Below, in pieces: positions 1 to 8,316 of a stretch of DNA of 21,329 nt. The notes beneath the pieces are model-generated. The model saw nothing but the letters and a program-made list of their open reading frames with translations. It was not told where the DNA came from and did not search any database. This stretch comes from a virus. Its lineage: Duplodnaviria > Heunggongvirae > Uroviricota > Caudoviricetes. A program made the position numbers and the translations under genes. The stretch lies in the IMG/VR virus record IMGVR_UViG_3300029610_000212, one strand, 5' to 3'. Numbering within the stretch: position 1 is the stretch's first letter; every line of letters begins with the position of its first letter.

Positions 1-549
1 ATCCAAAACAGTACCGACAGTGGCCGCCTCATCAATATCCGTCTCGAACGGCTCTCTTCACCGCTTGACGACGGGCAGGTTATCGCAATGGACAAGCCGG
101 ATGAGTTGCTACTCACTCCCGCCAGCTTGCTGCTACCCGCCCAAGCCAGCGAAGTGATCCGCTTCTTCTATAAGGGACCAGCAGATGAAAAAGAGCGCTA
201 CTACCGCATTGTCTGGTTTGATCAGGCCCTCAGTGATGCGCAGCGCGATAATGCCAACCGCAGCGCTGTGGCCACTGCTTCCGCCCGCATCGGCACCATT
301 CTGGTCGTCGCACCCCGCCAGGCAAACTACCACTTTCAGTACGCCAACGGCTCCCTGACAAATACAGGAAATGCGACGCTGCGGATCCTCGCCTACGGCC
401 CCTGCCTGAAAGCCGCCAATGGTAAGGAGTGTAAAGAGAATTACTACCTGATGCCGGGCAAGTCGCGTCGTTTTACCCGCGTGGACACGGCGGATAACAA
501 AGGACGGGTTGCACTTTGGCAGGGTGATAAGTTCATTCCCGTGAAATAG
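1..549 (+). CDS. ecpB: ECP/Mat pilus periplasmic chaperone EcpB, 5'-truncated at the window edge (C-terminal ~183 codons)
   Basis: Frame 1 is open from base 1 to TAA at 547-549 (the ORF track starts only at the internal ATG at 88). The sequence is paralogous to the downstream chaperone (shared ...FYYxGPxDxxERYYR... and ILVVxPRQ blocks). Its position directly 5' of usher, adhesin, second chaperone, ykgJ and yagU matches the remembered E. coli ecpRABCDE-ykgJ-yagU order. Confidence 0.75.
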
Positions 550-574
550 ATAGCTGTGCAGATGGATAACGACA

Positions 575-3102
575 ATGCCTTTACGACGGTTCTCCCCAGG
601 ACTGAAAGCCCAGTTTGCCTTCGGCATGGTCTTTTTGTTCGTTCAGCCCGATGCCAGCGCTGCTGACATAAGTGCGCAGCAAATAGGTGGGGTGATTATT
701 CCGCAGGCCTTCAGTCAGGCGCTTCAGGACGGCATGAGCGTCCCGCTCTATATTCATCTCGCCGGTAGCCAGGGTCGCCAGGACGATCAGCGAATCGGCA
801 GCGCTTTTATCTGGTTGGATGATGGACAGTTACGCATCCGGAAAATACAGCTGGAAGAGAGTGAAGATAACGCCAGTGTCAGCGAACAAACTCGACAGCA
901 ACTGATGACTCTGGCCAACGCCCCGTTCAATGAGGCCCTTACCATCCCCCTGACTGACAACGCGCAGTTGGATCTCAGCTTGCGCCAACTGCTGCTGCAG
1001 CTGGTGGTCAAGCGCGAAGCGCTGGGCACCGTACTACGCTCACGTAGCGAAGACATCGGGCAGTCCAGTGTTAACACCCTCAGCAGTAATCTGAGCTATA
1101 ACTTCGGCGTCTATAACAACCAGTTGCGTAACGGCGGGAGCAACACCTCCAGCTATCTGTCGCTGAATAACGTTACTGCGCTGCGCGAACATCACGTGGT
1201 GCTCGACGGCTCACTGTACGGGATTGGTAGCGGTCAACAGGACAGTGAATTATATAAAGCGATGTATGAACGCGATTTTGCTGGTCACCGATTTGCCGGT
1301 GGAATGCTCGACACCTGGAACTTGCAGTCCTTAGGGCCGATGACCGCCATTTCAGCAGGGAAGATTTACGGCCTTTCCTGGGGAAACCAGGCCAGCTCCA
1401 CCATCTTCGACAGCAGCCAATCGGCCACGCCAGTGATCGCCTNNNNNNNNNNGCGGCGGGCGAAGTACATCTCACCCGTGATGGGCGACTACTAAGCGTT
1501 CAGAACTTCACCATGGGCAATCATGAAGTGGATACCCGGGGTCTACCGTACGGTATTTACGATGTGGAAGTTGAGGTAATCGTTAACGGTCGCGTGATCA
1601 GCAAACGCACCCAGCGGGTCAATAAGCTGTTTAGCCGGGGACGTGGCGTCGGTGCACCGCTGGCGTGGCAGATATGGGGCGGTAGCTTTCATATGGATCG
1701 CTGGTCGGAAAACGGGAAAAAGACGCGACCAGCCAAAGAGAGTTGGCTGGCAGGTGCCTCGACCTCCGGCTCACTGAGTACGTTTAGCTGGGCGGCAACG
1801 GGATATGGATACGATAATCAGGCGGTGGGTGAAACCCGTCTGACGCTGCCGCTTGGGGGGGCGATCAACGTTAACCTGCAAAACATGCTGGCCAGTGACA
1901 GCTCATGGAGCAACATCGCCAGCATCAGCGCCACTCTACCTGGAGGCTTCAGTTCGCTGTGGGTTAACCAGGAAAAAACCCGCATTGGCAATCAATTGCG
2001 ACGTAGCGATGCCGACAACCGTGCAATCGGCGGCACACTCAACCTGAACTCACTGTGGTCGAAGCTGGGTACGTTCAGCATCAGCTACAATGATGACCGC
2101 CGCTACAACAGCCATTATTACACGGCAGATTACTATCAAAGTGTCTACAGCGGTACCTTTGGTTCGCTTGGCCTGCGGGCCGGTATTCAGCGCTATAACA
2201 ACGGCGACAGCAGCGCCAATACAGGGAAATATATCGCTCTCGATCTCTCGCTACCACTGGGCAACTGGTTTAGCGCAGGGATGACCCATCAAAACGGCTA
2301 CACCATGGCAAACCTGTCAGCACGCAAACAGTTTGATGAAGGAACCATTCGCACTGTTGGTGCCAATCTGTCACGAGCCATCTCCGGCGATACCGGTGAT
2401 GACAAAACCCTCAGCGGTGGGGCGTATGCACAGTTCGACGCTCGTTACGCCAGCGGAACGCTGAACGTCAATAGCGCGGCGGACGGCTACATCAATACTA
2501 ATTTGACCGCCAACGGCAGCGTCGGCTGGCAGGGTAAAAACATCGCTGCCAGCGGGCGGACCGATGGCAACGCTGGGGTGATATTCGACACTGGCCTGGA
2601 GAACGATGGTCAGATCAGCGCCAAAATCAACGGGCGGATTTTCCCGCTTAACGGCAAGCGTAACTATCTCCCGCTCTCTCCCTATGGAAGATATGAGGTG
2701 GAGTTGCAGAACAGCAAAAACTCACTCGACAGTTACGATATCGTCAGCGGTCGCAAAAGTCATCTGACTCTCTATCCAGGCAATGTCGCTGTCATTGAGC
2801 CAGAGGTGAAGCAGATGGTTACCGTCTCCGGTCGTATCCGTGCGGAAGACGGCACACTGCTGGCTAACGCACGGATTAACAACCATATCGGCCGAACCCG
2901 AACCGATGAAAACGGCGAGTTTGTCATGGACGTGGATAAGAAATACCCCACTATCGATTTTCGCTACAGTGGCAATAAAACCTGCGAAGTGGCACTGGAA
3001 CTCAACCAGGCGCGCGGTGCCGTCTGGGTCGGTGATGTGGTCTGCAGCGGCCTCTCATCGTGGGCGGCGGTGACGCAGACAGGAGAAGAGAATGAGAGTT
3101 AA
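575..3102 (+). CDS. ecpC: ECP/Mat pilus outer-membrane usher EcpC, interrupted by a 10-N run at 1443-1452 (apparent frameshift is a gap artefact)
   Basis: ORFs 575..1495 (signal-peptide-like N-terminus [29 protein letters not shown]) and 1513..3102 together make an usher-sized product of about 840 aa. The frame that continues into 1513..3102 is already open from 1453, immediately after the N-run ([23 protein letters not shown]...). Start is 25 bp after the ecpB stop; the stop overlaps the ecpD start. Confidence 0.85.
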
Positions 3103-4735
3103 CCTACTGATAGCGATGATAATCTTTGCGCTAATCTGGCCTGCAACCGCGCTCAGAGCGGCAGTGAGCAAAACAACCTGGGCGGATGCTCCGGCACGCG
3201 AGTTTGTGTTTGTCGAAAACAACTCAGACGACAACTTTTTCGTCACTCCTGGCGGGGCGCTGGATCCGCGCCTGACCGGTGCCAACCGCTGGACCGGTTT
3301 AAAATACAATGGTTCAGGAACCATCTATCAGCAAAGCCTCGGCTACATTGATAACGGTTACAACACCGGCCTTTATACCAACTGGAAGTTTGATATGTGG
3401 CTGGAAAATTCACCAGTTTCATCTCCTTTAACTGGCTTGCGCTGCATCAACTGGTACGCAGGGTGTAATATGACCACCAGTCTTATCCTGCCGCAAACCA
3501 CCGACGCCAGTGGATTTTATGGCGCGACGGTGACCAGCGGCGGCGCGAAATGGATGCACGGCATGTTGTCAGACGCGTTTTACCAGTATCTGCAACAAAT
3601 GCCCGTCGGCAGCAGCTTTACAATGACCATCAATGCCTGCCAGACCTCTGTGAACTATGACGCCAGCAGCGGCGCACGCTGTAAGGATCAGGCCTCCGGC
3701 AACTGGTATGTTCGCAACGTCACCCATACGAAAGCAGCAAATCTACGGTTGATAAATACCCACTCGCTGGCGGAAGTATTTATCAACAGCGACGGAGTAC
3801 CGACTCTGGGCGAAGGGAACGCCGACTGCCGGACGCAAACCATCGGCAGCCGTTCAGGATTAAGTTGTAAGATGGTTAACTATACCCTGCAAACAAACGG
3901 ACTCAGCAACACCTCAATCCATATATTCCCGGCGATCGCCAACTCGTCGTTAGCCTCGGCCGTCGGGGCGTACGATATGCAGTTCAGTCTGAATGGCAGT
4001 TCATGGAAACCGGTGAGCAATACTGCCTATTACTACACCTTCAACGAGATGAAGAGCGCAGACTCGATCTATGTTTTCTTCTCGAGCAACTTCTTTAAAC
4101 AGATGGTGAACCTCGGGATCAGCGATATCAACACCAAAGATCTATTCAACTTTCGCTTTCAGAACACCACATCACCGGAGTCTGGCTGGTATGAATTTTC
4201 TACCTCCAACACGCTGATTATCAAACCCCGTGATTTCAGCATCAGTATTATCTCCGATGAATATACTCAGACACCGTCGCGGGAGGGATATGTTGGCAGC
4301 GGCGAGTCGGCACTCGATTTCGGCTATATCGTAACCACCAGCGGTAAAACAGCTGCCGACGAAGTGCTGATCAAGGTGACCGGACCCGCGCAGGTGATTG
4401 GCGGGCGCTCCTATTGTGTCTTCAGCTCCGATGACGGTAAGGCGAAAGTACCGTTCCCGGCGACGCTTTCCTTTATTACCCGCAACGGAGCTACAAAAAC
4501 CTACGATGCCGGGTGCGATGATAGCTGGCGGGATATGACCGATGCGCTGTGGTTGACCACACCGTGGACTGATATCTCTGGCGAAGTGGGGCAGATGGAT
4601 AAGACCACAGTCAAATTTTCGATTCCAATGGATAACGCCATTTCTCTGCGTACGGTAGATGATAACGGCTGGTTTGGCGAAGTCAGCGCTTCAGGAGAGA
4701 TTCATGTTCAGGCGACGTGGCGTAACATTAACTAA
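3092..4735 (+). CDS. ecpD: ECP/Mat pilus tip adhesin EcpD (547 aa)
   Basis: 547-aa ORF with an N-terminal signal peptide ([23 protein letters not shown]). ATG overlaps the usher stop by 11 nt. The length matches what I remember for EcpD, and it sits between the usher and the second chaperone. Confidence 0.8.
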   Translation: MRVNLLIAMIIFALIWPATALRAAVSKTTWADAPAREFVFVENNSDDNFFVTPGGALDPRLTGANRWTGLKYNGSGTIYQQSLGYIDNGYNTGLYTNWKFDMWLENSPVSSPLTGLRCINWYAGCNMTTSLILPQTTDASGFYGATVTSGGAKWMHGMLSDAFYQYLQQMPVGSSFTMTINACQTSVNYDASSGARCKDQASGNWYVRNVTHTKAANLRLINTHSLAEVFINSDGVPTLGEGNADCRTQTIGSRSGLSCKMVNYTLQTNGLSNTSIHIFPAIANSSLASAVGAYDMQFSLNGSSWKPVSNTAYYYTFNEMKSADSIYVFFSSNFFKQMVNLGISDINTKDLFNFRFQNTTSPESGWYEFSTSNTLIIKPRDFSISIISDEYTQTPSREGYVGSGESALDFGYIVTTSGKTAADEVLIKVTGPAQVIGGRSYCVFSSDDGKAKVPFPATLSFITRNGATKTYDAGCDDSWRDMTDALWLTTPWTDISGEVGQMDKTTVKFSIPMDNAISLRTVDDNGWFGEVSASGEIHVQATWRNIN

Positions 4736-5414
4736 GGCCCTGCTGACAGTGGTCTGTATGCTGGCGGCACCTTTGACACAGGCGATTTCGGTCGGCAATC
4801 TGACTTTTTCACTGCCGTCCGAGACTGACTTTGTCAGCAAACGTGTCGTGAATAACAACAAAAGCGCGCGGATATACCGTATTGCCATCAGTGCTATTGA
4901 TAGCCCGGGCAGCAGTGAATTGCGCACCCGACCGGTGGATGGTGAACTACTTTTCGCCCCCCGCCAGCTGGCGTTGCAGGCTGGTGAGAGCGAGTATTTT
5001 AAATTTTACTATCATGGTCCACGGGATAACCGCGAGCGCTACTACCGGGTCTCATTTCGCGAGGTCCCCACTCGTAACCTGACAAAACGCAGCCCAACCG
5101 GCGGTGAGGTCAGCACGGAGCCGGTGGTGGTGATGGATACCATTCTGGTAGTACGACCACGTCAGGTTCAGTTTAAATGGTCCTTCGATCAGGTGACCGG
5201 AGCGGTAAGTAACACCGGCAACACGTGGTTTAAGCTACTGATTAAACCAGGATGTGATTCGACCGAAGAGGAAGGCGATGCCTGGTATCTACGTCCGGGA
5301 GACGTGGTTCATCAGCCTGAGTTACGTCAGCCGGGGAATCACTATCTGGTCTATAACGACAAATTCATTAAGATTAGCGATTCCTGTCCGGCTAAGCCCC
5401 CTTCGGCGGACTAA
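4704..5414 (+). CDS. ecpE: ECP/Mat pilus second periplasmic chaperone EcpE (236 aa from ATG 4704)
   Basis: Track ORF 4659..5414; I prefer the ATG at 4704 because it is preceded by AGGAGAGA (4693-4700) and gives 236 aa with a signal peptide ([27 protein letters not shown]). Chaperone-like motifs match the partial EcpB ([25 protein letters not shown]). Confidence 0.8.
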   Translation: MFRRRGVTLTKALLTVVCMLAAPLTQAISVGNLTFSLPSETDFVSKRVVNNNKSARIYRIAISAIDSPGSSELRTRPVDGELLFAPRQLALQAGESEYFKFYYHGPRDNRERYYRVSFREVPTRNLTKRSPTGGEVSTEPVVVMDTILVVRPRQVQFKWSFDQVTGAVSNTGNTWFKLLIKPGCDSTEEEGDAWYLRPGDVVHQPELRQPGNHYLVYNDKFIKISDSCPAKPPSAD

Positions 5415-5726
5415 GACTTATCCATCAGACGAGGGAAGAATTCCACCTCAGAGACTCAAAAATCGTTTAAATGATGTGGAAGCGATCGTCAATGTCACCT
5501 GTAACGATGAGCTTTCTCATATGCACACCACAGTGTTCAGGAGACACGGAAAGGTACCAGGCGGCCTGCTAACGAGTGGTTTCTTCACTAATTAGGACGT
5601 AAAATCGGTAACGGCTGGAAATCATTCAATACTCACACTATCGAAAGTACATCAGCCAACCGCGATACGTCCTTGCATACGACGTACCGCTGTTCTCTTT
5701 ACGATTTATAGCTGTATTGGTGAATT

Positions 5727-6056
5727 ATGAGCAATCTGAATCCATGCATGACGTGTGGTGCCTGTTGTGCATTTTTCCGCGTCTCTTTTTACTGGGCCGA
5801 AGCCGACGATGCTGGCGGTACCATTCCCGCCAGGCTCACTGAACAAATATCCCCTTTTCACCGATGCATGAGCGGTACCAATCAGAAAAACCCCCGATGT
5901 ATTGCCCTTGCAGGAACACCGGGCAAAAATGCCTGCTGCACGATATATAAAAATCGATCGTCCACGTGCAGAGAATTCGCCATGTCTGGTGAGAACGGAG
6001 TCGTCAATGAGGCTTGCAATCGTGCAAGAGCTAAATACGGGCTGACACCGTTATAA
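5727..6056 (+). CDS. ykgJ: YkgJ-family cysteine-cluster protein (UPF0153; CxxCxxCC metal-binding motif)
   Basis: 109-aa ORF with N-terminal [11 protein letters not shown] and further Cys residues (CIALAG...CCTIY...C). GGTGA RBS precedes the ATG; an intrinsic terminator follows. Located between ecpE and yagU as in E. coli. Confidence 0.8.
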
Positions 6057-6079
6057 ATATACAATAATTAATTGCACTG

Positions 6080-6112
6080 CCCCGCCAGCTATAATCGCGG
6101 GGCTTCGTTTTT
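6080..6112 (+). terminator. Rho-independent terminator of ykgJ
   Basis: Stem CCCCGC (6080-6085) pairs with GCGGGG (6097-6102) around an 11-nt loop, followed by CTTCGTTTTT; 24 nt after the ykgJ stop. Confidence 0.6.
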
Positions 6113-6262
6113 CAGGTATAACAAAACCCGAAACTTCTTCCATCTGCCAGCAACAATGCCTCTTCCTCTATAGCGTTCTCCGGATCTACAGCATCCTGAA
6201 GTAGCGCGATGTACTCACTGGCTATCTGCATCAGAAAGTTAAAAACAATGTTTTTAACCTAT

Positions 6263-6292
6263 AAAAATGGCGCTGTATTTGCGCCATTTTTA
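6263..6292 (-). terminator. Hairpin terminator downstream of yagU (A-tract/T-tract flanked, potentially bidirectional)
   Basis: ATGGCGC (6267-6273) pairs with GCGCCAT (6281-6287) around a 7-nt loop, flanked by AAAAA on the left and TTTT on the right, so either strand reads hairpin plus U-run. It lies about 15 nt beyond the yagU stop. Confidence 0.55.
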
Positions 6293-6304
6293 TCATTCAA
6301 TGCA

Positions 6305-6919
6305 TTATCTGTTTGAGCCTAAAGGGATCTCAGGGTCTGGCTCATGAGTAATTCTGTTTCGTAAATCTCTGCGAATAATTTCAATGGACCAGAACCAGAC
6401 TAAATGTCCAAAAATTTCAGAAACATTCTCATACCACGGGAGATCAAACAGAGGTGGCGTCAGTCCCATGAGAGGGAATGAAATCATATGAACAAAAAGT
6501 TGGGCTAAAGCACCTGCCAGTAAGCCCTGCCAGAGTTTAATTTTTGGAAATACTTCAGCGACCACACAATAACCGACAGCAAACACTATCGAAAAGATAA
6601 TGTGCGTAACACCAACCCAGTTAAAGACATGCCCGGCAAAGGTATAAACAGCCGCATTGGGATCTGTCAGCCCCAACCAGTCTCGAAGAAAAATATACGG
6701 AGGATTGAGAAAATTACGGGAGCAATCAATTTGCCCAGCAGCCCTGATTAATGATTCCGGGCCACACGCTGCATTAAACATATCCACCGGGCTACGTGGC
6801 GGCAATGGAACTTCAGCCCCCCACTTCACAAATGCGGAAACAACGCCAGCAATCAGCCCAATGAATGCAGCAAGACCATAACGTCTGCGGTTTGGTGGAG
6901 TTTGTTCAAATATATTCAT
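6305..6919 (-). CDS. yagU: Inner-membrane protein YagU (DUF1440 family)
   Basis: 204-aa ORF with several hydrophobic helices ([48 protein letters not shown]). Length and neighbourhood (convergent with ykgJ) match E. coli yagU. Confidence 0.8.
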
Positions 6920-7126
6920 ATCTACCCTGCTTGTACCATTATGTTATACACCTCTTCAGGAGTATTCATAAAACAAGACAAATGTAAAGAACTGTATTGT
7001 TTTGTATAACCACATGGTTACCTAATCGCCAATTAATATAAGCTCCATTATTTCTCCATATTTTTATGTTAGAAGTGACAAGGAGAAATGTAATGTTTCT
7101 CTCAGAGAATATAAATCATTCCTTTT

Positions 7127-7151
7127 GCCCACCTTAATGGTGGGCTTTTTT
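7127..7151 (+). terminator. Orphan + strand intrinsic terminator (no annotated + strand gene upstream)
   Basis: GCCCACC (7127-7133) pairs with GGTGGGC (7139-7145) around loop TTAAT, followed by TTTTTT (7146-7151). The minus strand has no U-run after the hairpin. Just upstream is AGGAG (7081-7085) and an ATG at 7093 opening a 14-codon ORF. Confidence 0.5.
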
Positions 7152-7307
7152 ATGCAAAACCTGAACGTCCTGTGGTATTCCTCTGGCATAATAATTTTCG
7201 CGATTAACCAACAACCAGACCAGCAAAGACGCCACCACAAGCACAGCAACATCCATCAGGCTTGCCACACCCCATGCGTGCGGCTCAAAGCCGCCATGGC
7301 ATATTAA

Positions 7308-7496
7308 TCCGCTTGCCATTTTCGAACAGCTGATTGGTTTAGTCCGGTGTTTCCCTGCTTGCACTTAAAAATGAGCGGATGGGAAACTCTCGAAATGGTT
7401 CGTCGATATGCTCACCTCGCACCTAATCACCTTACCGAACACGCACGGTAAATAGATTCGATCCTGAACCCATCGGTCCCAAATCTGTCCCAATAA
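7308..7496 (+). pseudogene. Tyrosine-recombinase (phage integrase) C-terminal remnant with an internal stop
   Basis: The frame reads ...[59 protein letters not shown]. The xGWExxEMVxRYAHL block is the conserved C-terminal box carrying the catalytic Tyr of lambdoid/P22-type integrases. Similarity continues past the in-frame TAA at 7449-7451; there is no N-terminal part and the frame is closed upstream at 7305. Confidence 0.55.
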
Positions 7497-7539
7497 AAAA
7501 TAAGGAAGGTATTAGTGATGTGTAACTTATTGATTTAAA

Positions 7540-7586
7540 TGGTGCCGATAAGAGGAGTCGAACCTCCGACCTTCGCATTACGAATC
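7540..7586 (-). tRNA. Partial tRNA-Thr(CGU) 3' fragment (thrW-type attachment core / pseudo-tRNA; not a functional gene)
   Basis: The reverse complement reads GATTCGTAATGCGAAGGTCGGAGGTTCGACTCCTCTTATCGGCACCA: anticodon loop with CGT, variable loop AGGTC, T-stem GGAGG/CCTCT, T-loop TTCGACT, acceptor 3' strand TATCGGC, discriminator A and CCA. The sequence 5' of it on the minus strand (7587-7620) cannot form a D-arm or acceptor 5' strand. Confidence 0.7.
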
Positions 7587-7834
7587 TGTAGCACCAATCA
7601 TAACTATCTGTTTTAGCAAGCATTAACCGCATTCACTAAGCTATAGTTGATGGCACAAACAGAAAGTTGATGCATGATGTTGTCATGTGTATGTCACAAA
7701 TACGGCACAACGATCTTCAAACATGTAGACACACATCCACAGAAGAGCACAAAGCCTTGCAAGCCAGTGCAAGCTTTGTGTGTCTATGTTTTGTCTCAAC
7801 AACCACTTCAATTCTCAATCTGTTTAACCTAGAT

Positions 7835-8230
7835 ATTATCTCCTACAGCCTGCCAGAAAGGCCGGTGATGGAGATGATTAATACGATGCTGCACGATGCA
7901 TTCTCAGTGCTCGGACCGGAGAATACACCGTTGCTGCACACGGATCAGGGCTGGCAATATCGAATGGCAGGCTATCAGGCAAAGTTAAAGGCCCATGGAA
8001 TGACACAAAGTACGTCGCGCAAGGGAAACTGTCTGGATAACGCAGTAATGGAGAACTTCTTCGGCACACTGAAATCGGAGTGTTTTTACCTGAACAGGTT
8101 CAGCGATCTGAATGAATTGAGGAAAGCGATAGAAGACTATATTCATTATTATAACAACGAGCGGATCAGCCTGAAATTAAAAGGCCTGAGTCCGGTAGAA
8201 TACCGAACCCAAGCCCTGAAAGCCGCTTAA
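7835..8230 (+). mobile_element. IS3-family transposase (OrfB) remnant, 5'-truncated (C-terminal ~130 aa only)
   Basis: The C-terminal two thirds of track ORF 7667..8230 carry IS3-family OrfB motifs (HTDQGWQY, SRKGNCLDNAVMENFFGTLKSE, YIHYYNNERI...LSPVEYR). The first ~56 codons of that ORF show no transposase similarity and there is no OrfA or upstream catalytic Asp, so the element is decayed. Confidence 0.7.
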
Positions 8231-8316
8231 AATTAACTGTCCAACTTTATAGGGTCAGTCCATAGACTGCAGGCTTTTAGATTACGTAATTTAAAAACAA
8301 TAGTTATAGAAACAAA

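Noticed and set aside
787-1475. Minus-strand ORFs 787..1077 and 1173..1475 inside ecpC
   Set aside because: They lie antisense and entirely within the usher coding region, have no RBS or family resemblance, and are shadow ORFs of a GC-rich gene.
5254-5595. 113-aa + strand ORF overlapping the 3' end of ecpE and the ecpE-ykgJ spacer
   Set aside because: It is out of frame with and mostly inside ecpE, has no RBS, and its sequence is low-complexity and Arg/Ser-rich; treated as spurious.
7125-7364. Small ORFs 7125..7307 (+) and 7134..7364 (-) as genes
   Set aside because: Both start at non-ATG codons (TTG/GTG), overlap the terminator hairpin or the integrase remnant, and have no recognisable features beyond one hydrophobic stretch; left unannotated.
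7667-7834. N-terminal 56 codons of track ORF 7667..8230 as part of a transposase or fusion protein
   Set aside because: Only the portion from about 7835 shows IS3 OrfB motifs; the upstream part is island-junction DNA that happens to be open in frame.
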